Assembly: GCA_044892525.1 (NCBI GenBank)
Contig: CM097888.1
Coordinates: forward strand, 88,784,001-88,848,000
Length of the DNA stretch: 64,000 bases
Reading direction: 5' to 3'
Source of the DNA: Schmidtea polychroa
Taxonomy: Eukaryota
Shown here: in pieces, positions 1-14,049 of the stretch
Numbering within the stretch: the stretch's first letter is position 1
Layout of the letters: each line of letters begins with the position of its first letter
Notes under the pieces: generated by a model
Databases searched by the model: none
The model's input: only the letters and a program-made list of their open reading frames with translations
What the model was told of the DNA's origin: nothing
Translations under genes and position numbers: made by a program

Positions 1-179
1 TAATAAAGACTATTTTTATGGTACATATTCAACTGTGTGTATTTTAACAATGGATATTATATATACAAAAAATAAAATAAACATTACAAAATAATATTAA
101 TGACAAATGTTAGCTCTGTGTAAATAAAACTCAGCTACTAGTCGGTAGTGGACTCAGTGTTCAAACGCTCATGATTTAT

Positions 180-619
180 AACGATCTTGATCAGTATGCC
201 AATGACAACTGCCATTTTGGTACTACCCACTGTCGACGCGCTCAGGTCTTTTAACGACGCGCCTACCGGTGTGGATTAGAGACGACTGGCGTGGAAAGCG
301 AGACGAAGTCACCAACGGACAACATTTGACGCAAGAAGGTTGAACAAGAAGGTCTGGTTCCAGGTAGTGTATGGGAAATGCAACTACTCCTCAATCAAGG
401 CCCTCTGGGCTCTGCTATCCGTGATTAAGCTATCACGACAGTGCTCCAGGAGGTGAATCTGTTTGTTCTTTTCTTTCATCTGAAGGGGGAGAACCATATT
501 CCCTCCAGATGATCGATTTTGACCACCAGTAATCGCGCTTCTACTCTTAATAAGGCAATCTGGCAATTTTTGTCTGCACATGAGAAACGGGGCTTTAAGT
601 TTTTGGCTTTGTTATTCAT
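180..619 (-). pseudogene. Degenerate copy A of an unrecognised ORF family (see 45933-46694)
   Basis: Minus strand, frameshifted: MNNKAKNLKPRFSCADKN..KIDHLEGIWFSP/LQMKEKNKQIHLLEHCRDSLITDSRAQRALIEE*, and further down SLKDLSASTV. This aligns with the 45933-46694 ORF (LRPCFSCADKN..RIDHYEGTWFSPPQMKEE..LEHCRDSLLEESR..PIKDISATHV). A 48-nt GTGAG..pyrimidine..AG intron (672-625) lies just upstream of the ATG at 619. Confidence 0.75.
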
Positions 620-759
620 TATTACTAGAAAAAGAGAAAAGAAAAGGATTAAATTAATGTGATAAACCTCACCTTGAAAACCCTCTCAAAAATCCGTTGC
701 CAATTAATCTTATGACAAGATTTCGTAACTAATTTTGTCTGGGGTTTCCCGGGTTCGAT

Positions 760-1100
760 GATGATGACAATGATAATAAAATATTAATGGTAATAAAGAG
801 GACGAATAATGGTATCAGTGCCGGAATGGAAGCAATGGTGAAATTGGCGATGATAGTGACAATTACTATTAAGAGGACTATAGCGGAAAACCCCAAATCA
901 TTTGCGGCCTAATGGTACTAAAAATTCTGATAACTTTAATCCTGACAATAAACTAATCGCTACGAAAATGACGGTGTTACCAATGATGTAATGCCAATAA
1001 TACCAATTTAAATATTACTCATAATAGCAATAATAATAATACTAATAAAAGTAATAATAATAATTATGCTCATAATAATAATGATAATAATAATCTTGGG
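760..1100 (+). repeat. Degenerate (AAT/GAT)n triplet tract
   Basis: Visible aat/gat/aac triplet periodicity with no long open frame. Confidence 0.6.
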
Positions 1101-1227
1101 CAAAAACTAATTTAAAGCCCAAATATAGAAACTTTTATGAAATGTATCGGTATACAACATGCATACTAAGTAAAGTTAAAATAAAATATAGTAAAGCACC
1201 AACTAAAAAGTAATAAGAGCACCCACC

Positions 1228-2692
1228 TAGGGTTTCCATTTTACTCGAGTTTTCATTACTCGAGTAGTCGAATACCTTTTTTTAATTAACCGGTTACTCG
1301 AGTACTCGAAATAATTTCTTAACAAAAGATTATCAAAAATACTTATTTATTTAAAAACAAAAACAGTTCATTATAACAAGTATAACATAATATAAAATTA
1401 AATTAATCCATTAAACAATAGAAAAACATTTTAGTCAAAACAAAAATACATTTTAGTCAAAATATTAATTATTTAAATATCTATACATTTTGATTGAAAT
1501 AATATTTCAAAAATACGAGAGCATTTAACGTATTTTTGTCATTTTGTTTCCTGATGCCGAGAATACTCTTTCGCAAGAGGTTAATGTTGGAGTCAACAAT
1601 GCATTATATAAGCAATCCATTTCGTCACTTCTTTCCCCTCTATTTCCTTGAAGATTTTAAAATTCTCTTTCAATGTTAGATTCATTTTCTTTAACTTGAT
1701 TAGGTCTAGCCAAACTTTGAATACAATTTTGTAAATTTTCGTATTCCGTTAATTCATTTTCTTCTAAATGTATTATTTTAGTTTCTAAATCTTCTGCAAC
1801 TTCACGATTTTCAAATTCATCGTGGAGAAACAATCTTAGAAATAGTTGATTGGCATAATTTTTATGGCTAGATTTAGATGAATAATTTAAAAACTCATTC
1901 TCGTTTGGTTTAACGTAAGTTCCCTGATGTAGAAATATAAGTAGGGACACCATATCTCTATTTCTACGTTTCCCAATTTCATTTTTTAATATTTCTAATA
2001 AATTTAGTGATAGTTCAGTATAAATATTCTTAAGTTTCTTCATAACATATAAGATTGTCCCTTATGCTGTTATTAAGTTAGCATCTTTTTTGCTAAGTTC
2101 TTGATCTGCTAACATTGTAGGTTCAAGCGTAATTCATATGCTTTTTCATCAAACTTTGCAAACCAAGTTCTTCTAAGGCATTATTTACACAATCAATTAA
2201 CTTTAAAAATCTATTTACAGCTGATGCCAATGTATTCCAACGAGTTTTTACATCTAAAATTAATCTTAAGTTCTTGCCTTCTTTTTGCCGTAATAGACTT
2301 TCAGTACGAATCGATGAATTTTTAAAAAATTTAATTACTTTTCGCATTGCATATAATGCTGATTTAATATCAGAAACCAATAAAAAACACTCCGAATTTT
2401 GTTCCATTTCCATTACTAAATTTCCGTCATCTTCTTCATCAACTTGATTTTCCTCATCTTCATCATATAAAAGTTCTTCATCATCATATTCAGTCTTATC
2501 TTCATCTTCAACTACATCATCTAAATTAAGGACGGCTAGATGAATTGCGTGGTCGTAGCATAATTGTTTTTCTGCTGTAATAATTGAACAATACTTCACC
2601 ATTACACTCGCTCCATCATTTGTTGAGGCAGCAATATCCGTTTCTAAATTCATTCTAAATTCTTTCAAAAGGTTCTCCACTACACACCACAC
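1228..2692 (-). mobile_element. hAT transposon remnant (3' part of the transposase plus terminus)
   Basis: TNDGASVM..QLCYDHAIHLAV and LILDVKTRWNTL in ORF 2123-2692. The dimerisation-domain motif PTLTSCERVFSASG lies at about 1550-1600 (-). The terminus TAGGGTTTCC at 1228 is followed by repeated ACTCGAGTA subterminal motifs. Confidence 0.8.
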
Positions 2693-3780
2693 AAAAGTTA
2701 TAAACCCAAATTAAAAGAAAAAATCAAACGAAAGCAAAAAGTATCGCATAAAACCCACACAAACACAACATGAACACATAACCCAGTAATTAGATTCGAA
2801 TTAACGGCGATAAAAAAAATTAAGTACGGAAATCAGAAAAATTTCCATAAAATTAAGACAAAAAAATACAAGTGAAACAAAATTACACTTACAATAAATA
2901 AAAACTCAGAAAAATCCATAAAAATGGCGAAACCCACCATGGCCGGCGAACAACTTTACAAAGTTAACAAAAGAAAACATTTAGTATTAAAATTAATAAA
3001 AAATAAAAAGAACCAACAGAAAATTTAACAAAAATAAGAATATCACAAAACATCATGGAATGTTCTGGAAACACCTATATCCATCATGGCGGCAAATCTA
3101 ATACTAAATAAAAAATAGAAAATAAAATTAATACTAATTTCGAAAAAATCGCCATTAAAATTGATAAAAATTTAAAATTTACTAGAATTTAAATAACTTG
3201 AATTTGTTTTACTGAACCAATGCACGCACACATACTCGTACAGAAAAAATAGGGTATATATACCGATGCATTTAGGTCACTTAAATTACATAAATTATCA
3301 CTTAAATTTTTGTTCGCCTTAATAATAATATGCAATCACTTAAATTACAGATTTGGTTACTTAAATTACTGACTTGATCACTTTAATTAAATAAAACTGT
3401 TGGTGGGAATTAGTCCAAGACGAGTTATATTTTCATTATTTGAATAATTATTAATGGGATCTGATTGAATTAATATTGGAGTATTCAGAGATTTTGTATT
3501 TCTTTGATTAAAATATCTACAAGTGTTTTCACTATTGTCCAAAACTTTGTTTGGTTCATTATATTAAGTTTCCATTCCATTTTTATCATCAGGCAATTCG
3601 ATTGAATCTTTACGGATAAATTCTAATTATTTAACGTTTTCGTGCGCAACTTTATTTCCATCACGAACGTTTTTGCCTGGAGAAGTTTCTTTAATAATGA
3701 AGCAGACGCGCAATGAGACAAATAATAATAAAATAACAATTGCCATTAAGCTTAAACGGATAATTAATGGAATTATATTA

Positions 3781-4990
3781 CAGGGTTTTCATCATATTTT
3801 GACATTTTGTCAATCAATTTTGACATTTTCTAATGAAAAACCAAAACATTAATAACGAAGACAGAAATCGCATTATAAATGCCTATATAAAAGGGCATAG
3901 TGCCTCGGATTTATCATCAATTTTGGGTTTTAAAAGAACCACTATTTATAGCATAATAAAAAAGTATAAAAACCATGAATCTATTGAAAAAAAGCAAAGG
4001 GGAGGTCAGCGGAGAAAAAGCTTGTCAGAGCAAGATAAAGAAGCAATCAGAGGATAGATTGATGAAAATTGCGCGCTTACTTTAAAGCAAATAAAGTCGA
4101 AGATTGAGCTTGAGAGAGGTGTGGTAGTAAGTCAAAGCACGATTAATAGATGTATAGGTGGATTTGGTTATAGTATGAAGCGCATCAATATAATGCCGAT
4201 AAAAAGGAATACCGTGGAAGTTATTGAACTTAGAGCCCAATATGCGAATCGTTTTATGGAATTATTGTCAACTATCGATGATTCTAAAATTTTTTTTATC
4301 GATGAAGTCGGATTCAATGTTTCTATAAGATCACGAAGAGGAAGATCTTTGAAAAATAAACGTGCTGTTCAAAATGTTTCTTCTATAAGAGCACGAAATA
4401 TATCTGTTTGCTGTGCCATGAACAAAGAAGGGATTTTTAAATATTTTCCTCAGACTAAATCGTATAATACACAAAGTTTTCTTGAGTTTATACGCTTAAT
4501 AATTGAAAAAATGTCATCTTTGAATATTTCAGGTGCAATTTTTATCATGGACAATGTTCCATTTCATAAAAATATTGCAATAAAAGAAGAAATTGAAATA
4601 TCAGGACATATAATCCTATTTTTGCCACCTTATTCTCCATTTCTTAACCCTATAGAGAACCTATTTTCAAAATGGAAACAATTTATACGTAGTTCGAGAC
4701 CTGAAGGTGAAGATCAGTTATTCGAAAATATTGAGAATGGTTCTTCCCTTATTTCATCTGATGATTGTAAAAATTATTTTAGGCATATGTTAGGGTTTTT
4801 ACCTTTTTGCATAAGAAATGAGCCGGTTATTGATGAATAAAAGTAGTATTTTTATTTACTTTCTCATTTTTTTATTATTTTATTAATTTATTTATTAATT
4901 TATTTTTTAATTTAATTTTTAATTTTCTTCTAAAATTAACAAAATGTCAAAATTGATTGACAAAATGTCAAAATATGATGAAAAACCCTG
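3781..4990 (+). mobile_element. Tc1/IS630-family DNA transposon, full length (1210 bp)
   Basis: About 50-bp near-perfect TIRs (CAGGGTTTTCATCATATTTTGACATTTTGTCAATCAATTTTGACATTTT), flanked by TA on both sides (3779-3780, 4991-4992). Confidence 0.97.
3833..4840 (+). pseudogene. DD34E transposase with one premature stop
   Basis: N-terminal HTH region, FIDEVGF, IMDNVPFH and LPPYSPFLNPIE (34 residues between the second D and E). A single in-frame TAG at 4055-4057 (AIRG*IDEN, probably TGG originally). Confidence 0.93.
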
Positions 4991-5384
4991 TATCATTGCT
5001 TATTTGTAAATGTTGCAACGGCGCACTATTGCAAAATTTCTAATAGAAGTAGATAAAATATCTGGTAGATCATTGTAACAGTTAATACAGTTGTTAATAA
5101 AATGTTGTAGAAATCTTAGATTTAATTTAAAAGAATTAAAAACTCAACTATAGTTAAAAACACTACACAAACTAAATTCAATATTAAAACAAACATTAAT
5201 TATATATTAAATATTTAATTTCTTTTCAAAAAAAAACAATCCTGGAAAATCACTACACCTCGCTTATTGTTATATTATTTTTATCAACTAGATCCCTGCT
5301 AGCCCTGAAATTGCCTTTACCGGCCAACAGCCACCCCTGTACACAAGATAGTAAAATGATATGCAACCATGAGTAATGGTTTAA

Positions 5385-7820
5385 CCCCTTCAGACCCCGT
5401 GTGCAGAATATGCACATAACATTTAAAACCTTATAGATTCCTTATTTAATATCATCGCCATCTCTCCACGCACTGACCAAACTATTTTGATTGTTTTAAA
5501 ATCATACCACTAGTGCCATCTATGAGAAATTTTTGGCAACAATAAAATTAGTGATCATTTTCACTGTGAAAGTTTGTGAAGAAGACGTAAGTACATTTCT
5601 TGACACTTTTTATATTATTTATTAATGATTTAAAATAATAATTATGATTCAATTAGCTGTAAATATGTCAAACTAATGTAAATCGTTTATAATACATAAA
5701 ATCTATAAACTGTTTAAATATTTTGATTTCAATTTCATTGTGCATAATTATGCACAATCCGTCTCAATAGTACCAAAGGATAGAATACTAAGAAGTAGTT
5801 TTCTAATTTTGTTTTGCTTTTATGTGGTTAGTATTCAATTAAAATATCCTTTTTCAGCAAAATGTATGACCCAGCCAACAAGGAAGATGCTGACAAAATT
5901 TTTGCAATGTTGGAACGAGATTCTGATGTTGATTTGAACGATGAAGATGAAGAGGATAATTATAAAGAAATGTCAGGGTACCAAAGACATTCTGTTACGA
6001 TTGGAGCTCAATCAGTAGGTCCATGTACACTAATAAATCAAGAACCAAGTGTTGAAGATATTTCTTTCGGTGTTACTGACAAAGAGAATATAAAATGGAG
6101 AAGAAAATATTTTGAGACTACAATGAAATCCTTTGAAAAAAATGGATAACGATTTTGTCGGTCCAATGAAGAATCCTCTAGATTACTTTCAAAAGTACAT
6201 ACCCGATGAGATATTTGAAGATGCGACAAAATATATTAACATGTATGGTCTACAAAATAATGGTAATTTCAAATAAACCAATATATCTGAAATGAAGACA
6301 TTATTTGGATTACATATTATAATTGGAACTCTACAATTTCTTAGAATTCGATTATTTTGGGATAGGTCTTTGGGTATTTCCCTATTTACAGAGAATATGA
6401 CAAGGGACAGATTTTTTTCAGTTGAGGATAGTTAATAATTTGGAAATACGAACGGATTTAACTGATCGATTATTCAAAATTCGTCCAATATTTGATTCTA
6501 TTCGACGAAGATACTCAGAGTTGTATCGTGAAGAAAATTTATCAATAGACGAACAAATGGTCCCATTTCGTGGACATTTAAATATAAAACAACATATCAA
6601 AGGTAAACCAATTACGTGGGAGTTAAAATATTTATCTTGTGTGGATCTATTGAGCAGATGTACGATTTTGTAATTTATCAAGGATCCACTACAGAATTAA
6701 ACGAGGATAGTGTTAAAAAATATGGATCAGCTGCAACAGTTATCTTGAATTTATTAGAAATCATTCCGACAAGAGGCCATAAATTATATTTTGATAATTA
6801 TTTTTCGAATTATCAACTATTACAAGTGTTGAAACAGAAGAACATTTCTGCGCGGGAACAATACGAATTAATAGGTTTTCTAATCCACCTTTATTATCTG
6901 ACAAGAGTTTGAAAAAAATTGGTAGAGGCTCCACTGATGAAGGGGTTAGTTTGGATGAGGATGTGGTTGTAGTGAAGTGTATGGACAATAGGTCAGTTAC
7001 ACTTGCTTCCTATTTTGTTGGAAAAGGAACAGTGGGTGAAGCCCAAAGGTGGGATAGAACACAAAAAATTTCATAAAAATTGACAGACCTCAAATTGTTA
7101 AGCTTTACAACGAGAATATGGGAGGCGTGGACCTCCTAGACCAGATGATGGCACTGTATAGAATATTTATAAGATCAAAAAAGTGGACACTTCGCATGTT
7201 TTTCCATGCAGTGGATTTAGCCGTCGTAAATAGCTGGTTCGAATACAGAAAATTTTGTGCAAAATTGAACCTTGCAAAAAAAGACCAGCTAGATTTGTTA
7301 CATTTCCGAATGAGACTTAGGGAGGCATTGGTGAAAGCTAATAAAACCATTCAAAAAAGAAAACCTGGACGTCCCAGTGAAAATAGTTTCACAGATGAGA
7401 CAAAAGAAAAGTTTAAAGAGCATAATGAAGAAGTAAAACCTATACCCGAAGTACAACATGATAGGGTGGACCATATGCCTTTTTTGGATCAAAACAAAGA
7501 AGGGAAACGCTGCAAAAATACAGGATGTCACCAAAAAACTCAATTTTATTGCGATGAATGCAATGTACATTTATGTTTAGAAAAAGAAAGAAACTATTTT
7601 GTAAGCTACCACAGAAAAAAATAACATAGCATTTTTTGCAATAACCACTTAATTGATATCGCTTGAGACGTAATGTGCATAATTGTGGACAAGCCGGAAA
7701 ATGTGGAAAATTCAATAAATATATTATTTTTATCATACATGTGTTTTAAGCTTACCATTTTGGCCAATAATTGCTAAAAAAGTTTTTTTCTCCATTAACA
7801 ATAATTCAGGTCTGAATGGG
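5385..7820 (+). mobile_element. piggyBac-like element (PGBD2/3-type transposase, frameshifted)
   Basis: TTAA TSDs at 5381-5384 and 7821-7824. TIRs CCCCTTCAGACC / GGTCTGAATGGG. Motifs SIDEQMVPFRG, LYFDNYF, MGGVDLLDQMMALYRI and a C-terminal Cys-rich domain (CKNTGC..CDECNVHLC), spread over several frames from 5862 to 7624. Confidence 0.95.
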
Positions 7821-8973
7821 TTAATGCGCTGTGTGCAAGGCGTAGTGTTACTGATCTTTAATAGAAACTCTGTGGTAGACAACATGAATAATGTTGCTTA
7901 TTAGCCTAGGAGTTAGGTACCAATTCTCGGATTTTATAAATACAAAAGTCGATAAAATACAAGTGTTATATTTTTTTGGAAATAAATAGCAAAAGTTATT
8001 AAATATTCATCTAAATGATCTTTAATTAAGGATTCGAGGCAGTTACTATATTTTAATACTATCCAGCTAATATTATTTTATTTATTAATAGTTAACATTT
8101 CATATTTTAAAATAAACGCCTGTTCCAAATCCAAGTCACAGAAGCCCATTTGGAAAAAACACTGATTAGTTATCGCAAAGGAAAGTTAAAATATTAAAGT
8201 CTAAACGAATAAATCTTACTATATGGCCCAGTGGTAATTAAGGTATGAATGCGGATGTAGGTGGATGGGTAATAATGGATGTTGAACTGGTGATTGTATT
8301 AATCGACACCGGGGTAGAATTATCAAGTCGCTGACAGTCAGTATTAAGAACCCACAGGCGTACTCAGAGGACTTTTATTTGAAATATACTAATAGATGTT
8401 AATAATCTTTGTTCAGAATATGTCGAAATATGTCACAATTTCTCTCCCATGCGGATGAGGAAGCCGGAACATCGTCCGCAGGCCGGTATCGAGCGTCACA
8501 GGTTGAACGAAGGGAGAGTCAACATGCCTATCGACAAAGGACCACAGTCCTGCAAATAGAATGATGTGGACAAGGATATATGCCTGGAACCACGGGAACC
8601 GGAATCCAAACCAAGACCCCGCACCAGAGATCAGGCCGTTGGTTGTGCTCAAACGTGAGCCATCCCTGAGGCAGTTTTGGAATTATTTTTCATGTGACTT
8701 TACTGATCTTTTCGTGTAAATATCCTTATAATCATTGAGATGCTTCGCTCACCCCGTGACTCATTGCATTGGATTTTTTGGATTCCTCGAAATATGTAAT
8801 GCTTATTCGGAAACTTCATTTAAGTCAAAAGTTTAAGTCAATTCCTATCCTGGACTCAATTTTTAAATTTAACTTTATATTTTGAATTTTATATTATTTA
8901 AGTCGGATTTATAACCAATCCTAATGCAAATATAAATTTTAATTAAAGTGATTAAAATAAGTAATATTTATAA

Positions 8974-9134
8974 TAAATTAAATTTATTTATTTATTAAAT
9001 GTTATTACAATAAATTATATTTGTGGCATGGATATATAAATAAAATTATTCTGAAAATTTTAAATTAAATTTATTTATTTATTAAATGTTATTAAATTAT
9101 ATTTGTGGCATAAATAAAATTATTCTGGAAATTT
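8974..9134. repeat. Imperfect tandem duplication, about 87-bp unit x2
   Basis: taaattaaatttatttatttattaaatgttatt..tatatttgtggcat..aaattattctg starts at both 8974 and 9061. Confidence 0.75.
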
Positions 9135-9467
9135 GTCATTGTAGAAATATTATCTCAATTTAAAAGTTAAAATAAAATACTTTATCTACAAGTTTGATAA
9201 ATGTTCGCGCATTGTGCGGGAGTGTTTTCTGAATGTGCATAGGAAAATGTGACAATAATTGCTTGGATGGTATAAAAGTGTCAGTAGTGACAGTGTGTGC
9301 GGGCAGTGGGCGTGTTTAAGAATTTTTTCATAAATGCAACATTTAGAATATGACAAGCAATTATAGCTTTGTCAATAATAATCAATGTCGATTCCGGAAA
9401 TAATAATGGTCTGTTTCAACCAATTATGATATGAATAACTATAAATTAAGTCGGAATACTTTGAAAA

Positions 9468-10061
9468 TGTTTGGATTTGGAGTTTCCTTATATACTCCCA
9501 TAATCGTTGTAATTGCCCTATTTTTGACCTAATTGGTTTTGACTTCCTTAGTTATCATTCCCTAATTAGCTATTTCTGTTGACCCTCTTCCTGATTCCCC
9601 TTCTTTTAATTACCCTCGTTTATCCGGCTGTTTGGATAATTGCTCTCTGACTTCCCCATTTGTTTATCCTCCCAAATTGCCGCGCTCGGGTTTTCCATTG
9701 ACTCGGGCTTCCCATTAGCTCAGGTTTCCCATTAGCCAATTAATTAATTAATATTTTGTGTTTTTTATTTGCCTGTTTTACGACCCTTTCTAAACATTTT
9801 CTAACAATTTCTTGCTCACTGTCTTCTTCATCATCCCCTAATCTACCTCTCTCTCGTTTTCCAGCTTCAATTTCGATAACTTTTCACTTTATTCCACTTC
9901 CTCAGGTTTGCGCATTTTTCCATTTCATGTCTGATTGTATCCTGTTCTTTTATTATCATATCTTTCTTTGCCATTGCTTCTCTGCTTGACCGCCATTCAA
10001 TTTCGGTTTTCCTTTCAATCTGAACTATATAATTTAATAATTTACTTTTAAAACCTCAACA
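9468..10061 (-). mobile_element. Partial LTR related to the 39491-40539 LTR
   Basis: Shares the ctcggg(t)ttccatt(a)g repeats, ccattagccaattaattaattaa, the cttatatactcc TATA region and the terminus cctcaaca (10061). The left end is uncertain. Confidence 0.7.
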
Positions 10062-10570
10062 ATATTAACAAATAAAAATTACTCCATTGTTCTAAAGTTT
10101 CCAATGAAATTTGATATTCCAAAATTTGGTATCCGATTGAAATTGTCAATAACGATTTAGATAAAATACACTTGAAGTCGATTGAAAAACTTTTAGTAAC
10201 CAAAGCGATCCTTATAGATTTAGAAAATAGTAAACAATTAGTAGATTATCAAAATGATCCGTAGAGATTTGTGAAATATTTTCACGAGTATTTTGTTCTG
10301 AAAGTAAGTAGTATAAGTGGTTCAAAGAGACTAATAAGTAGAAAAAAAGTGGTAAAGTGGCTACGGAGACGGTCCTTTATATAGTTTTATGGTGTATGCC
10401 TTCGACCAATCAGGATCGATCATGTCTGGTTCAGATCGAGTTTTATTTTTATTTTTTGATCTGAAATTCCGATTGGTCTATTTCTTTATTTTGTTTAAAT
10501 TCATTGTTTTTATTTTATTTCTTTTTATTCTGATTGATTTAAGGATCGTCTTTACATAATACTCTCATTC
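10062..10570 (-). mobile_element. Putative LTR-like remnant, second family (related to 48647-49414)
   Basis: The minus-strand promoter-like core cctgattgg..aaaactatataa is shared with about 48880-48915, and both carry aatactctc near the right end. Confidence 0.35.
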
Positions 10571-11010
10571 TATGAATATTTTTTGTCTTCTCAGCGATTT
10601 AGGTTAATGTTATGCTTTTAAAATGAGTTCTGTGCAATTGCTTGCTGTTCGTCATTTTACTATTTTGGTTTTATCTTTATTTTTATTTTACTTAATGTTT
10701 TTCAATGCTTTTTACGTGCTGTGTAGGTCGCCTCAGTTACACGTTCACAGAATGATTTTCATAAAAAGGGACATCTTTTGCAAGTTTAAACAAATAATGG
10801 ATTTTGTCTTTTAATCTATCATAATTATTATTAAAATTTATTTTGAATTTATCTAAATTCTATTCGATTTGGCTAATATTGAAATTTTTTAAGTTAATTT
10901 AATCTAAATTTTGTTTACCTAATATTATTTTTAATTTTAAATTTTTATTAATATTTTATTTATTATTTATTATATAACATAAGATATATTTATTTATATT
11001 TCAATTTTAG

Positions 11011-11425
11011 ATATTGAAAAAGAAGTAATAAAATTGGAAATTATTATTGGACATGATGAACAGTTCTAATGGCGATAATACGGTGGCAGCAGTGGAAGCA
11101 GTAAGAGTAGTGAGGACAGTGAGAGCAAGGAGGACAGTGGGATCAGGGCTGGAATTACCACAGCATGATTTGCCAGCAAATTACCTATAAACAACCTATC
11201 AACAGCAACAGGTTCAGAGGTTTCCCCAAGCGGTATATCAGCACCAGCAGCAATATTACCAACAGCAAGTTCACCCCATGATGCAACAATATCGACCGTC
11301 ACCACAGCAGCCGTTCCTGAGATCGAATCCCGGTTGCAGGGAGGCCTGGAAACACCACTGCATGCTTCGCTAGCAAATCACCTATCAACAGCAGCAACTA
11401 CAGCAACAGGTTCAGAGGTTTGATT
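11011..11425 (+). pseudogene. Gln-rich exon-like fragment with stops
   Basis: An AT-rich intron-like tract ends in tttag at 11010. A GC-richer frame follows: MMNSSNGDNTVAAVE..YL*TTYQQQQVQRFPQAVYQHQQQYYQQQVHPMMQQ..*..QQQQLQQQVQRFD*, with an internal duplication. Confidence 0.4.
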
Positions 11426-12019
11426 GATTCTTAGCCCAACACAAAGAACCTTTGCATAGCATACTTGCACCAATTTTTCATATTGTGTTTCTTATGATGT
11501 TAACGCCATACGCAAGCATGTAGTCAAATTGTCACTTGTCAACCGTGAACGATGTTTCATTTTCATTGCATTGTATAGTGCTAGGACAAAATATCATGGG
11601 GACAAAACGATAGCGAAAAACATATAAGATGGAATAACCAATGAAATAATTAAATTAGATTAAAAAAGAAAAGTTTAAAATCATAATTGCAAATATTTTT
11701 CTGCGGAAATTTTCTTAGGGTTCGGTTTAATTAGGAAACATCTTGGATTAGTTAGCTTTTAGATTTGGAAATAGATATTTTTAGAATCAAAATAAATAGA
11801 AATCAAAAAATACGTATTTATATTAATTAAATATTAAAAATTTTAAATATTTATCTACTATCTATTGGTGTTTTGCGGTAGCTGCAGCTGACTTCCTCTC
11901 AAGAAAAAAAAATTAACGTCAATTGCAACCTGAAAACAATATTCAGATTAGAAGATAACATTATCTTAGATCAAGCCCTCAACACAATTAATCAAACTCT
12001 TAATTCAGTTCCCTTCACA

Positions 12020-12385
12020 CAGCTGCGCATACATACGGATGATATTCCCGTATCTCAAAAGCCAAGACGTTTATTTGGAGATAAATATAATGCTAATAAA
12101 GAGGAATTCGAAGAGCTGCTTAAAGATGGTATAATACGACCAAGCAAAAGTGAATGTGCTTCACCACAAGTGGTAGTAAAAAATCACATGGATCTTGGCG
12201 GGCATGTGGAGATTATAGACTACTTAATGATATCACACGACCCGATAAATATCCCTTACCAAGAATCAACGACATCCTTGATGGAATTGTAGGCAGCAAG
12301 TTGTTCACAAAACTTGATTTAAAGAAAGCTTATCACCAGATTCCAATATATCCAGATGACATCCCGAAAACTGCGGTTATCATGA
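12020..12385 (+). mobile_element. Ty3/Gypsy reverse transcriptase N-terminal fragment
   Basis: PVSQKPRRL..ELLKDGIIRPSKSECASP.., then GSWRACGDYRLLNDITRPDKYPLPRINDIL..FTKLDLKKAYHQIPI..DIPKTAVI, with one frameshift. Confidence 0.9.
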
Positions 12386-14049
12386 TGTGGACAAAAACTT
12401 TATCTGTCTTGACTGTGTCCGTAACCCCTGTTAATGGATCACAGAGAAAAAAAACCTCAAACAGGTAAAATTTGTTATTGGTGGATTTGATTAATATATT
12501 TTGCCTATCCTTGATTAACCACAACTTCATGAACCTTCTACACATTACCAAAGCAAATGAAATTGTCTGAAAATATATCTACTGACAAAACAAAGTCAAA
12601 ATTGAAAAAAACCAATAGTTTCCCGTGTTCAGCGAAGGCCAGAAAACTAACGCAATCTGTAAATGGAGGCAAAGTTATAAAGAGGTTATAAAAAGTTAAA
12701 AAGTTATAAAACACCAAGTCTTTACCTAACATTTCCCACCATTCTCTAACACACTAAATTCCCCAAGAATATGAATATTGCACACAAATCGTGATACATA
12801 TTTCGCACTTCAATAATTTAGATTCACTTATCAGCCTAGATAAAATGCTTATTATACAGAACGTAAGATTCTCATAATAAAGCTTATTAATCATTTGTCA
12901 ATATAATTCATTAAATTTAAAAATTAAAGGTTAGTTTTGTCAGATATACAGTAAATTATATAAGACAATTTTATATAAGGAGTTAAAATATTTATTTAAA
13001 TAATAAGCATCCTTAAATATCACGTTTTGGTTACCACGACAAAGTAAATGCAATTACAAAAAACAATATCTACAATTTAAGTTTATACTTCTGCACTTAT
13101 TTTTTTTAAAATGTAGTATATTTACATGTTATGAATTGATTTACTTGTTTTTAAGTTTTTCGATATTAGACAATTTCAATTGCTTTTTATTTAACACGTG
13201 AAATATTGACAATTTAGTTTCTATTTTACCCTTAAGAAAATGAAAAAAAAGAAATAGCTTTACAATCGCAAAAAAATTGACATTCTCAAATGAAATAAAC
13301 ACTAAAGTTCCATTCGAAATACTAATGTCAAAATACAATATATCCGAAGCCTCCCTATATCGAATCAAACGTAAAAAGTTACTAGCATAGTCGAGGAATT
13401 ATTGAATGAAGAAGATAAAAAACGACAATATCTATGAAATCAAGCAGTGCTTCTTCATTAAAAACACAAGCTCAGGAACATTTAAAGATTCTAAAAGAAT
13501 GCTTATATCATATTGCACCAGAACTTACGCAAGATATTTTAAATTTGGAGTCTAAATTGAAATAAATACTAAATAAAAATTCGTAATAGGAATTTTGTTG
13601 TTGTTCCGTCTATTTTATTTTGTGGTATGAAATATTCAATATATATTCCATCCAATAAATGTTTGAATTATTTTTCAATTATCTAATTTATTTTGTTGAG
13701 ATTTAGACATGTTACCTGTAATGTTCATTACATATATGTATTTGGCTCCTTTACAGGCGTAAAGCCATTTTAAATAACAAAAACAACATCTGTAATTCTT
13801 TTTATCTTTAAGACAATTGTCTTAAATAAGGGTCGAATTTAATTTTCAAAACCACTTCTTATATAAAGAATTTACTGTAGTTTGAAAAACCCAATGCAAA
13901 ATATGTGGTACCAATTCACTTTCAAGGGATTAGTATGCAATTCCGGGGTTTCGATTTTAAAACAAAACATTATATTTGTAAATCAAATTTGTGTTCAACT
14001 GAACTAAGCAGCCATTGATGTATTTTTTTCCTTTCACTTTATAGTTTAG

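Noticed and set aside
8300-8760. GC-richer island with ORF 8413-8652
   Set aside because: No recognisable motif in any frame. It is probably a TE fragment but this is unsupported.
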